From contig CAYNVS010000002.1 in assembly GCA_964400725.1 (NCBI GenBank), positions 7,372 through 71,371 of the forward strand: DNA of 64,000 bases, in the 5' to 3' direction. This DNA is from an uncultured Myxococcales bacterium (GTDB lineage Bacteria; Myxococcota_A; SURF-8; CAYNVS01). Below, in pieces: positions 28,829 through 40,200 of this stretch. Position numbers and translations under genes: made by a program. The notes under the pieces are model-generated. The model was given only the letters and a program-made list of their open reading frames with translations, did no database searches and had not been told where the DNA came from. Position 1 is the first letter of the stretch, and each line of letters opens with the position of its first letter.

Positions 28829-29432
28829 TGGTCTTGCGTTCCTTCCAATGGCGCCGGCAAAGCGAAATATAATCTTCGGCGCCTATCTTCATCTGCTCGC
28901 CTTCGGTAATCATACGGCCGGTAGAGCGGTCAACGCGGGCGTTGAAAGTCGCCTTGCGGTTGCACCAGCAAATCGTTTTAATTTCCTCGATTGAGTCGGC
29001 CCACGCCAGAAGCCACATGGCTCCCTCGAAGAGCTCGCCGCGGAAGTCGGTGCGCAGACCGTAACAAATCGCGGGAATTTTTAGTTTGTCCGCTATTTCA
29101 GTGAGCTGGAGAACCTGCTCCTTTTTTAAAAACTGCGCTTCGTCCACGAATACGCACGCTACGCCTCCGTCTTCGGCGCGGCTTTTGGTTTCGGCAAAAA
29201 AGTCGGTGTCCGCGTCGAAGGGAATCGAAGCGCGGGTTATGCCGACGCGGGAGGCGACGACGCCCTCGCCGAAACGAACGTCCTTTGCAAAGTTGAACAG
29301 CAGCGATCGCATGCCGCGTTCCTCGTAATTGTGCGCGCTCATCAGCAGGTTGGCGCTTTTGCTTGCGCTCATCGCCCCGTAGCGGAAATAAACTTTGGCC
29401 ATTGCGAGCCTCCTAAAAAGTAAGTAATCCAA
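28821..29432 (-). CDS. tdk: Thymidine kinase
   Basis: VYFRYGAMSASKS (P-loop), FVDEAQF, a Cys-rich zinc ribbon (CWCNRKA...C) and the TK lasso region. Likely start at MAKVYF (29402). Overlaps the DUF58 gene by 8 nt, consistent with an operon. Confidence 0.85.
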   Translation of the reverse strand: MDYLLFRRLAMAKVYFRYGAMSASKSANLLMSAHNYEERGMRSLLFNFAKDVRFGEGVVASRVGITRASIPFDADTDFFAETKSRAEDGGVACVFVDEAQFLKKEQVLQLTEIADKLKIPAICYGLRTDFRGELFEGAMWLLAWADSIEEIKTICWCNRKATFNARVDRSTGRMITEGEQMKIGAEDYISLCRRHWKERKTNG

Positions 29433-29725
29433 GCCGCGGCATTAGTCAATGCAAGTCGCTTAACGAGTCCGTCAACGCGATCCGTATAAAGTTTTCTTAA
29501 TCCGCGGGACGGCGCGTTCGCCGCCCAATTGGATAACGACAATCTAGGCGCTTGCGAGCCGGGTTATTGACTTTCAATCCCTTCAAGATTTTGTTTTAAG
29601 GCTTCGGCGCGTCCTTCTACAAAAACGAAAATATGCCGCAATCGTTTGCGCGCTCGACAAGCGGTTCGCTTTGTGGTATATTCCTTACAATTTCTTCACA
29701 ATTATTAATCTTACGGAGACGCCGT

Positions 29726-31084
29726 ATGAAAAGCTCAACTTTTTTACGCTTAGCGCTCGCCGCGTTGACCGCAGCGTTTTTTAATTACGCCGACGCGAAA
29801 GATATGATTTTGGCTCCGTCCGATTCGGGCGACGCGCAGCAGACTTCAAAAAAAGAAAAGTTCAACGATCCGGTTCCTAAAATCGCCGTGATTACTTATA
29901 TGACCTACGAGGGAGCAAGCGCCGCCTACCACGACGCAAGCGATAAATTCGCGTCCGAACTGAAAGCTAGAGGAGCTATTGCGGCGGACCGCAACGAATT
30001 GTCCGGTCTGATTGAAGCCGGGCTGGAAAAAATTAAGGAAGGCAAGTTCGTCGATTCTTTTTCCAGCGCCTCCGCCGACTACGTTCTGCTTATAGACGGC
30101 TCGGTAAAAATGACCGACAAAAACGTAAACGAGCAAAAGCAAAATCTTTACGTCTCGGAATATACGGCGTACGTTTTTAATGTCGATACCGGCGACAAGG
30201 TAAACTCGCACATGCGCGCGGCCAAAGAGTTGGGCGACTCGCCAAAGATAAAGTTTACTGAATTGATTGATAAATATTTCAAAGAAACGGCGAATTGGGC
30301 GGCGGGAACCATTAACAGCCACAGAACGCGGGAGTTTACGGTCAAACTGACCGTAACCGGCGTGGAAGACGCCGATCACAACAACGACCTGCTTGAAAAC
30401 CTCGCCAACAATCCGAGGGTGGCGGAAGTCAGGGCCGTTAAATTGGCCAAAGGGAAAGATACGACGAGCGAATTCGACATTATCGTTAAAGGAATAAGCG
30501 CCGGCGCGCTGTCGAAAATCCTCAACGGTCAGGGGTACGGCCTGACTACCGAAAAAATAGAAAAAGGCTCCGTTTGGGCGCGTTACGACGCTCAAAAGGG
30601 TTTTGCGATAAAAATATACGTTTCGCTTTTCGACAACCTTACCAAGAACGCGGACAACGACAGATACGTCGATACCATGCCCGCAAAGTTTGAGGCCGAG
30701 CTTGAAAAGATTGATTTTATTTGGATAAAGCGATTTAAGGACGGCAGGCTCGACTTTCCGAAGGGGACAAACCTTAAAAAGGTTATGACGGCCGCGTCCG
30801 ACGAAACCGGCAATCCTTTCCTGCTCGCATGCGAGCTAAAAATAGGCGCGAAGGACAAAAAGGAACTTGCGGAATGCAAACTTTATTTTGCCGCAACCGG
30901 TCAGGCGGTTCACTCATTCGCGCTGGAAGGGCAATTTATGGACGCCGATTCCTTCGCGGGCCAGTTGTCGGCGCAGACAGCGGCGATAATGACCGCCGTG
31001 AAGAAAAAGTGCGCGTCTAAATTTTCCAAGCGGTTTCTCAAAGAGATGAGCCTTTACGAGAAAAACCTCCAGCCTAAAAAATAA
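29726..31084 (+). CDS. Secreted hypothetical protein
   Basis: The ORF track starts at 29633, but a typical signal peptide begins at the Met at 29726 (MKSSTFLRLALAALTAAFFNYADA). No known domain recognised. Sits immediately upstream of the giant gene. Confidence 0.5.
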   Translation: MKSSTFLRLALAALTAAFFNYADAKDMILAPSDSGDAQQTSKKEKFNDPVPKIAVITYMTYEGASAAYHDASDKFASELKARGAIAADRNELSGLIEAGLEKIKEGKFVDSFSSASADYVLLIDGSVKMTDKNVNEQKQNLYVSEYTAYVFNVDTGDKVNSHMRAAKELGDSPKIKFTELIDKYFKETANWAAGTINSHRTREFTVKLTVTGVEDADHNNDLLENLANNPRVAEVRAVKLAKGKDTTSEFDIIVKGISAGALSKILNGQGYGLTTEKIEKGSVWARYDAQKGFAIKIYVSLFDNLTKNADNDRYVDTMPAKFEAELEKIDFIWIKRFKDGRLDFPKGTNLKKVMTAASDETGNPFLLACELKIGAKDKKELAECKLYFAATGQAVHSFALEGQFMDADSFAGQLSAQTAAIMTAVKKKCASKFSKRFLKEMSLYEKNLQPKK

Positions 31085-31294
31085 AAATTATTTCAAATTT
31101 GCAAATACAGGCCAAGGGATTCGCTGCGGCTAAATAAGAATATTATTCTGATTTTATTGTCTAATAGTAAAAGTAGCCTTGTATTTTTGACTAAGCGATT
31201 AAAAAATTATAGACTTAAGTAAAATGTTGTAAGAACCATGCGCCGTTTGCATTATTAAATGCTTTAACGCGGTTAGCGCTTTACGGAGGGCCTC

Positions 31295-34200
31295 ATGCTG
31301 CCTAATAGTTTGCGTTTGGGTTTTGTTTTTTCATTTTTGGCCGGTTTTGGAGCGTTAGCGGTTTCGTGCAATATGCCGCTGGATATTCAGCCGGACGTAA
31401 CGATTACGTGCAAATCCGATTCGGACTGCCCCGGCGGATACACTTGCAAAACGGAAATAGGCTGCGTGCTCGCGACCGGCGGAGACAAAACCGCGCCGCA
31501 GCTTTCGGAAAAAACCTTGACTCCGGCGACGGTCAAAGCCGACGGAAAAATCTCGGCCGGTTTTACGGTTGACGAACGGCTTTTTATGACTCCCAAAGTC
31601 GTATTTAAAAAGGGAGAAACCGTCGGCGGCGAATTTACGGTCGTTAAGGAGCCGAAGGCGGACGACGCCGAGCAGAAATACGCTTTTGAATATTCCGTCA
31701 AGGGAAACGAAACCGAAGGTTCGATGAACGTCGCGGCGGAAGGCGTCGTCGATAAAAGCGGCAATACGCCCGGAGAGATTATATTGGGTGAAGTAACTTT
31801 TGATTTTACGCCGCCTCAGATAGCCAGCTGCAGCGTAAGCGAAAACGCCAACAAACCCGCGAAAGAAAGCGACGCCTTAGAGGTTAAGATAGGCGTCACC
31901 GAAGAGCTTGGCGCGGATCCTGCGGTTATTCTAATCAACGCCGATTCGAGCGACGGAGCGGCATTTTTTAAAACGAACTACGATTCGGTCTCGAAAGTTT
32001 ATACTTATTCTCTCGCGGTCGATAAATCTATGGGCGAAGGGGCGCGGGGGTTGAGAATTAAAATGAGCGACGCCGCGGGAAACAAAAAGGCGGTCGATTT
32101 CGCCTCGGCATGGTCGTTCGATTTCACGCCGCCCGCGCTTGTAAATTCGCAGGTCGCGCCTGAAATAGCCGGGCCGTCGGCCAGCGTCTCGGCGCAGTTC
32201 GACGCCAGCGAAGAGCTTGCCTTCGTCTCGTCGGTCGTTCTCTCCTCGGACGCTTCGGGCGAGGAAGAGATCGAAATGGAGCTCGCAGGCGCTCCTGTTG
32301 GGCTGCATTACGCGTACCGCTACGACGCGAAGAAAATTTCCGATAAAATAACGAAAATTTACAAAGTCATCGCGAAGAAAATCGCGGATAAAGCGGGGAA
32401 TGAAACTGAGAGCGTAGAGATTGGAACCGTAACGATCGACACGATTCCGCCCAAATTTACGGGAAATCCGGTTTCCGTAAACAAAACGCGCTTCAAGGAA
32501 AGCGAGGAGCTGATTGTTTCATTTACGGCGGACGAGACGCTTTTATCGGCGGCGGCGTACGTCGATTTCGGGAGCAGGCGCGTCGAGCTGACCAAAAAGT
32601 CGGTTTCGCAGGACGGCCTTACTTTCGAGTATTCGCACGTCGCGGCGTCGGACGATCCGGAAGGAAGCGGAATGGTCGCCGTGGTAATTACCGACCTTGC
32701 AGGCAACAACGGAGAAGAGGCGCGTATCGGGCCGGTAATATTCGACTTCACCGCGCCCTCGGTAATGAGCTCAGACGCCCAGCCCGCATTCGCCAAGCTG
32801 TCCGATTCCCTGTATTATTCTCTCACCGCCAGCGAGGAAATCGCCGAGGCGCCGACTCTTATCGTCAACCCGCCTCTCGATCTCGGCGCCGCCGAGAAGC
32901 AGAGCGGCTCGAACGCGTACGTCTGGCGCCTTAAAATCGCCGACGGCTCGCTTGACGGCTCTTACGAGGTAAAGGCGGTTTTCTGCGATTTGGCGGGAAA
33001 TTGCGCTCCGCAGGAGGGGCTTGCGGCCAAAGGGTTCCGCATCGACGGAACTTTGCCGAAAATTACCGAGCCTAAAGTTTATCCGCAGCTTGCCAAGGAA
33101 GGCGACGAAGTTACGGTGGAATTCGTTCTTGACGACAAGCTGTCGGGCGATCCTTCGGTTAAAATCGGCGGCGCGCCGGCCGATTCTTTTACCTTCGACG
33201 ACCGGACGAAAACGTATAAGTTTATTTACGCCGCAAAAAAAACCGACCGCGACGGAGTTAAAAACGTTTATATTACGGCGACCGACGAAGCGCTCAATTC
33301 GACGAGCGAGCTTTTAAGCCAGACGGTCGCTTTCGACTTTACAGCGCCCGCGGCGATAAGCGCCTACGCGACCCCTTCCAAACAAAAAGTCGGCGGCGAC
33401 GTCGTAATTACGATTACCGTCAGCGAAGAGCTGTCGCAGACGGACGGAATAACCGTAACTATAAATCCGCCGTTGTCTTTAAAGTCCGGCGCGCCGCTCG
33501 GCAGAACCTACGTTTATACGCATAACGTCAAGGACGAAGACGCCGCTGGAATCTACTCGTTCGCCGTCGCGCTGAAAGACGCCGCCGGAAACGATTCCGG
33601 CGAATTGACCGACGCGGCGTGGACTTTCGAGATAGACAAGACGACGCCCGAAGTGAGCGACGTCGAGGTGGGACGCAAAAACGAAGCGGGCGAAATAGTC
33701 GCCGGTTTTATTAAAGGCGGCGACGTTCTATGGGCGCTCTTTAAAGTAAATAAAGAGCTCGCTCAGGAGCCGATAGTAAAATGCGGCGACCTTTTAATGA
33801 ACGGCGGATTTAACGAAGAATCCGGCCTTTACGAGTTTTCTCGTCCGATCGCTTCGTCGGACGCGGACGGCTCCTTCGCCGTTACGACGGAGCTGAGGGA
33901 TAAAATAGGGAACGTGAAATTTTTCAATCTCGGCGCGGTAACCATCGACAATCTGGCTCCGTTCGTCGCGGATTCCTCGGCTCAGCCTTCTTTCGCAAAG
34001 CTGTCCGCCATGGTCGTTCTCACAATTACCGCCAACGAGCTGTTGGACGAGTCAACCCTCGCGCTTTTAGTCGAGCCGAAAGACGGCTCCAACGGACTCG
34101 CCGAGGCTTTCGTTTACGCGGGACGGTCGGGGCTTAGCTATTCCTACAAACGCAAAATCGCCGACGAAGATTCGGCGGGCGAGTACGCCGCGAAAATCAA

Positions 34201-37200
34201 ATTCTGCGACCTCGCCGGTAATTGTTTGGAAAATTACCAAAACATACAGGGTTTCACCGTTGACAAGACGGCTCCGGAAGTAACCGACAAACTAGTCGAG
34301 CCGCAAAAAGCCAATTTGAAGGAAGGCGACGCGGTAAAGGTAAGTTTCAACGTCGCTAAACCGCTCGAAACCCCTCCCGTAGTCGCGCTGGGGAAATCGA
34401 CCATGACGCTAGCCGAAACGCCGGACGAAGGTTACGTTTACACTTTTAACTATACCGTTAAAAAAGAAGACGGCGAAGGCGTCGCGCTGGCAATGGCCGA
34501 GCTTCACGATCAAGCGGGCAACGTCAAGTTCGAGGAGCTCGCCCGTTTCCGTTTCGATTTTACCAAGCCCTACATCGTTTCGTCGGTTCCTCAGCCCCCG
34601 TTGGGAAGGGCTAACTCGGTTATAATATACTCTTTAACGGTCAGCGAGGAGCTTGCGGGGAACCCGGCGCACATCCTCGTTCCGCAGTCGCCCGACTTTG
34701 CCGGACCGACGGCCAACGGCGCGGAATTCCGTTACTCTTACTACGTTGCGGAATCGACGCCGAAAACGAAGTACGAGCTTAAATTCGACTTATGCGATTT
34801 GGCCGGAAACTGCGCGTACGGTTTAGACGCCTCTTCGTTCGAGGCCGACGGAGTCGCGCCTTGGTATTACGATCTTGAAATTCCGCAGACGCTTTTCAAA
34901 CGAGGCGAAACGGTCGTCGTAAGGTTTAAGGCGTCCGAGGAGCTCGCCAAAGAGCCTGCGGTAATTCTCGGCTCGATTCAAATGGATTTGAATTCTTCCG
35001 ACGGTCTCGCCTTCGAGTACGTCCACCAAACCGATCAGTACGACCTCGACGGTTCGTATCAAGTCAGAATAGAGCTTGAGGATAAAGCGGGCAACCAATT
35101 TTCCGTCGTCGCCGGAGGGAACGTCGTTTTCGACTTTTCCAAACCCGGCGCAGCGAGCGCGGGCGCAAGCCCCGACCCCGCTAAAAAGGGCGCGGAGATT
35201 AAGTATCTCGTAACTTTGACGGAACCGATAGCAAACGAAGTCTCCATGACCGCCGCAACCATCGACGGCGCGGGCGCGGTTATCGACTTTGGAAAAGCGT
35301 CGGCCAACGGCTTGAACCTTGTATGGAAAAAAACGGTCGGCGCGAATTTTGTCTCCGGAGAATACGGCGTTACGCTCGACTCGCTTTGCGACGCGGCGGG
35401 AAACTGCGACTTTAACGTAAAGACAACCGGCTTCGTCGTAGACGTCTCGCCTCCTTCTATCGCTTCTTCCCCCGCATTTTCGCTGACTCCCGCGGCCGGA
35501 ACAAAACTCAAAAAAGACGACTCGCTTACGCTTTCCTTTTCCGTAACCGAAGATATGAAACAAATGTACGGCGGAACCGGACTTGCCGAAGGGTATCCCA
35601 TCGTCCGAGCGGGATCGTACGAAGCGAATCAGGTTCAGGCCGCCGAGGGCTTCGACTATACTTTCGTTTATCAAGCCAAAGGAACCGAGTCCGAAGGAGC
35701 CGCCGGAGTCGTCGTCGAGCTCATGGACAAAGCGGGAAACACCGCGAGCTTCAACCTCGGAGCGTTCGTCTTCGATTTCACGAAGCCGATTCTGCTTTCC
35801 TCGTCCGCGGCGCCGAAGAACGCCAAGGCCGGAACGCGGATAGTTTACGAAATTTCGACGAGCGAAAAATTGAAACAACCGCCCGCGCTCGTAATCGGCG
35901 GAACGAAACAGCTTAATTTCGTTTACCTTGAGGGAACTACCTATAAATTCGAGTACACAGCGGCTTTGAACGATTCGGGCGACTACTCCGCTACGATTTC
36001 GCTCGTTGACGAGGCCGGCAACGAAAACAAAGGTCTCGCCGGCGACGCGTTTAAAATCGACGCGATCGTTCCGACTCTTGCCAACGCCTCGACCGACCGC
36101 GCGAAATACAGCAAGACGGAGGGATACAACCTCGTAACTTTGAAATTCGACTTGAGCGAAGACGTCGGCGCGGGGCTGTCGGTCAAACTTTCGGGCGAGG
36201 ATATGACCTGCAACGCCTACCAGCCGGGAGCGCGCGACAACCATACCTGCACATACAACGCAACGACGAGTTCGCAGAGCGAAGGAACCAAAAACATAAT
36301 AATTACCGCGACTGACGCCGCTGGAAACTCGGCGACTTCAAGCGTTGCGGTCGCATTCGACTTTACCAAGCCGACGCCTCTGTCCTCTTCGGTTTCTCCG
36401 AAAAACGCCAAAGAAGGAGCGTCGATTGTTTATGAAATCTCGCCCAGCGAGCCGCTCCTTTCGCCTCCGGTTCTTTACGTCGCCGGCCCTAAATCTCTTA
36501 ATTTCCAGCGCATCAACGGAACGACTTACAAGTTCGGCTATTCGGCGAAATACGGCGACGACGGCGATTATTCTGTTGTATTCGACTTGACCGACGAGGC
36601 CGGCAACGAAAACAAAGGTCTCGCCGGCGACGGGTTTAAAATCGACGCGATCGTTCCGACTCTTGCCAACGCCTCGACCGACCGCGCGAAATACAGCAAG
36701 ACGGAGGGATACAACCTCGTAACTTTGAAATTCGACTTGAGCGAAGACGTCGGCGCGGGGCTGTCGGTCAAACTTTCGGGCGAGGATATGACCTGCAACG
36801 CCTACCAGCCGGGAGCGCGCGACAACCATACCTGCACATACAACGCAACGACGAGTTCGCAGAGCGAAGGAACCAAAAACATAATAATTACCGCGACTGA
36901 CGCCGCTGGAAACTCGGCGACTTCAAGCGTTGCGGTCGCATTCGACTTTACCAAGCCGACGATAATTACAGCGGGCGTTACGCCTCTTCACGCCAAGGAA
37001 GGACAGAAAATTTACTATGAATTAACGCCGGACGAACCGTTGGCTTCGGTTCCGGATTTTACCGCGCTAGGCCCTTCCCAACTTAATTTCTTTTACGTCG
37101 GCGGCACGGCGTATAAATTTATGCACAACCCGTTTAACGGCGGGGACGGTCATTATACGGTCGAGATAACGCTTATCGACGAAGCCGGAAACAAGGCCGA

Positions 37201-40200
37201 AAACCTGACGACCGATAAAACGGGCGCCGCTTTGCCGGCTTTCAACATCGACACCGCGATACCGACGATAACCGGAATGAGAATCGTTAATAAATCGCTG
37301 GGAACTACGGCGGATTCGTTCAGCGCGCAGCCGGGTTACAACGAAATTTCTCTCTTTTTCAAGGTGGCCGAAAATCTGGGGCCGGGCGCGTCGGGTTTAA
37401 CGCTTTACATTAATATTCCAAACGGAGACGACGCTTTCGAGCTGGTGAACCGGGCGAACAATCCCGACGGCACGGTCGATTACGAGTTCAAGCACGAAGT
37501 AGTTTTGGCCGACGGCGAAGGAATGCGCACGATTTCGGTAACGACCGCCGACGCCGCTGGCAATTCGGACTCCGGCCAAGCCAACCTGACCTTCGACTTT
37601 ACGCCTCCCCGAATTGTCTCCTCTTCGGCGAGCCCCAACCCGGCCGGAATGTCGGCGACGATTAAATACCAGATAACCGTTTCCGAGCCTTTGGCGCACT
37701 ATCCTCAAATGTCCGCAAGCCCGCCCACAAGCGAAGGCGGCTGGGACTTAATAGCCGATTCCGCGCTGTCTTACACGTACAGGCACGTCGTAGCGGCTGG
37801 CGACACCGGCGACTATTTCGGCTCCATAACAAATTTATGCGACAAGCTGTACAACTGCGCCTCCGCCGCGCAAATCGGCGACGGCTTCTCCATCGACGCC
37901 ATTAGCCCGCAGGTGGCGGGCAAGACGATGGAGCCGGACAGCGGCTCCTATTTGAAGACCGGAGGACGCGTTAAAGTAAACTTTATAGTCAACGAAAATA
38001 AAGAACTCGACGGCTTCCCCTCCGTCAAGCTCGGCCCATTCGCTATGATTAGGCAGATACCTAACGACGTCGGGTTCCAGCATACCTATTATTACGATTT
38101 CGGCGGAAGCGAACCGGAAACGATGTACGTCGCGCTGATAGAGCTTCGAGACAAGGCGGGAAATCAGTCCAGCACGGCCGCCGGCAACGTAATATACGAT
38201 CGGACAAATCCGAGCGTGATAAGCGCCAACCCCAGTCCGCTTTACGCCAAGAAGGGGGATACGCTTTATTACGACATTCTGACGAACGAACCGCTCGGCT
38301 CGCATCCGACCGTTGTGGTCGAGCACGAGACTCTCGGCGTTATAGCGGACTTTTTTGATTACGTGGCCGATACGTCGTATAAATTCTCGCGTTTGATAGG
38401 CGCCGGAGACGCAAACGGCCGTTACAGAGTTTATATTACAATTTACGACAAGGCTCTGAACTCGTACTACACGGACGCCGGAAGCGGTTTCAACGTAGAT
38501 ATAACGAAGCCGGAAATCTCGAACGTGGAGCTCAACGGCGGAGCGACGCATCTGTTCAGCGACGCGATGAACCACGACCTTATGGAGATAAAGTTCGACG
38601 TTTCGGAAAATCCGTACAATCTTGAAGTAACGCTCGACAGTCAGGAGCAGATATTTGGAACTACTTGGCTGGACGGATCGGTTTACAAAAACGTTTTCTA
38701 CAAGCAGGTCGAAAAGGCGTTCGGAGAAGGAACGCATATTATCGCGATTAAAACGCTCGACGCGGCCGGGAATTCCGACTTCAAATCAATCGCCGCCACC
38801 TTCGACTTCACCAAGCCCGACCTCGTTTCCGGCTCCGCCGCTATGCGGTACGTGCCGGGAAGCGGCAACATGCTGTCCAATCCGAAGGGCGCGAAAGTCG
38901 GCACCAAAGTCGACGTATCGTTCATCGTAACCGAGCTTCTAAGCCAAAACCCAATCGTTTCGTTCGGAGGAATTTACCAATTCAAGCTGACGAGCGCGCT
39001 CAGCTACGCTTACCAATACGAATACGAAACGAAGGCGAATCCGCCGGAAGGAGCATGGACGGTTCAAGCGAAACTTTACGATTTGGCCGGAAATATGAAC
39101 GAGATTAATTTCCCGTTCGACCCTCTGGTTATAGATTCAACTCCTCCGTCCGCGCCCGACACCGCTACCGACGGCATGGTCGTAATAAAGCGCGTCCCAT
39201 GGGGAGCCGAAGAAACGGACTACAACGGAGAGCTGCACGCGGTATTCGCGCCCGCGTCTCTCGATGAAGGAACTTACGTAAATATTTGGGAATCGGCCGT
39301 GAAAACGACGCCGATGTACACGGGGCAAATTGAAGCCAACGGCGGAGCCGACTTCAATTTGGGTTACGTCGATAAAACCGGATTGTGGGTTTCGGCGATG
39401 GACGGTTCGGGCAACGAGTCGCCCAGAGTAAAAATTTACGACGGGAAATGGATCGCCACGCTCAACGGAAAAATCGCCGGATCGCGCTATGAAAATCCTC
39501 ACAACCTTTTATACGCAAACCATAACGTCCTGCTGAATAACGCTTCGACGCCCATAGCCGGCTGGCCTGCGCCCGACCAATTCCTTTCCGAAACGAAACA
39601 GTCGAAACTGGACGCGCTTTATTTCAAAGGAGACGGGAACAAGGCGGCGCATTATACGGCCGAGTGTCTCGCGTGGGTGAACGACATACCGAGAACCGAC
39701 AGAGCCAAGTTCGAGCCGTATAGAGGAACTTTCTCGGAATGGACGGCGAACAGCGGCGGCAGCGAGGCGGTTCTCTCCAAAGGGTTCGAGGCCGGCAAAC
39801 GCCTCAAAACTTTGGTGAATTTTTCGGAAAACGGAACGTACTCGTGGGCTGATTTCGTTGCGGAGCTTATAAACCCCGACTGCCAGTATTTCGGCTACAA
39901 CGGCCATTCTTCCATAAGATACGACTTCTGCACCGCGGTATCAATATCTATCGAAACGACCGATACGCCGCCGGTTCGCGCTCAAGCGTCGATGATTTAC
40001 CTGCCGAAAAAGGCCAAAGCCTTCATGTTCGGCGGGACGGGACTTGGCGGAGCCGAGCTGCGCGACGCGTGGCTGTGGGACTCGCTGGGCTCGCAATGGA
40101 TCGTCCTGCCGACGACGAACGCGCCTTTCGGACGCGAAAAACCCGCGCTCGCCTACGACGACCATAACGACAGGGTTTACATGTTTGGCGGCAGCGCGGA

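Noticed and set aside
34823-36829. Minus-strand ORFs 34823..36244, 35983..36213, 36338..36829, 36568..36798 within the giant gene
   Set aside because: Antisense artefacts of the giant plus-strand gene. Their pairwise identity simply mirrors the 585-bp-period duplication on the coding strand.
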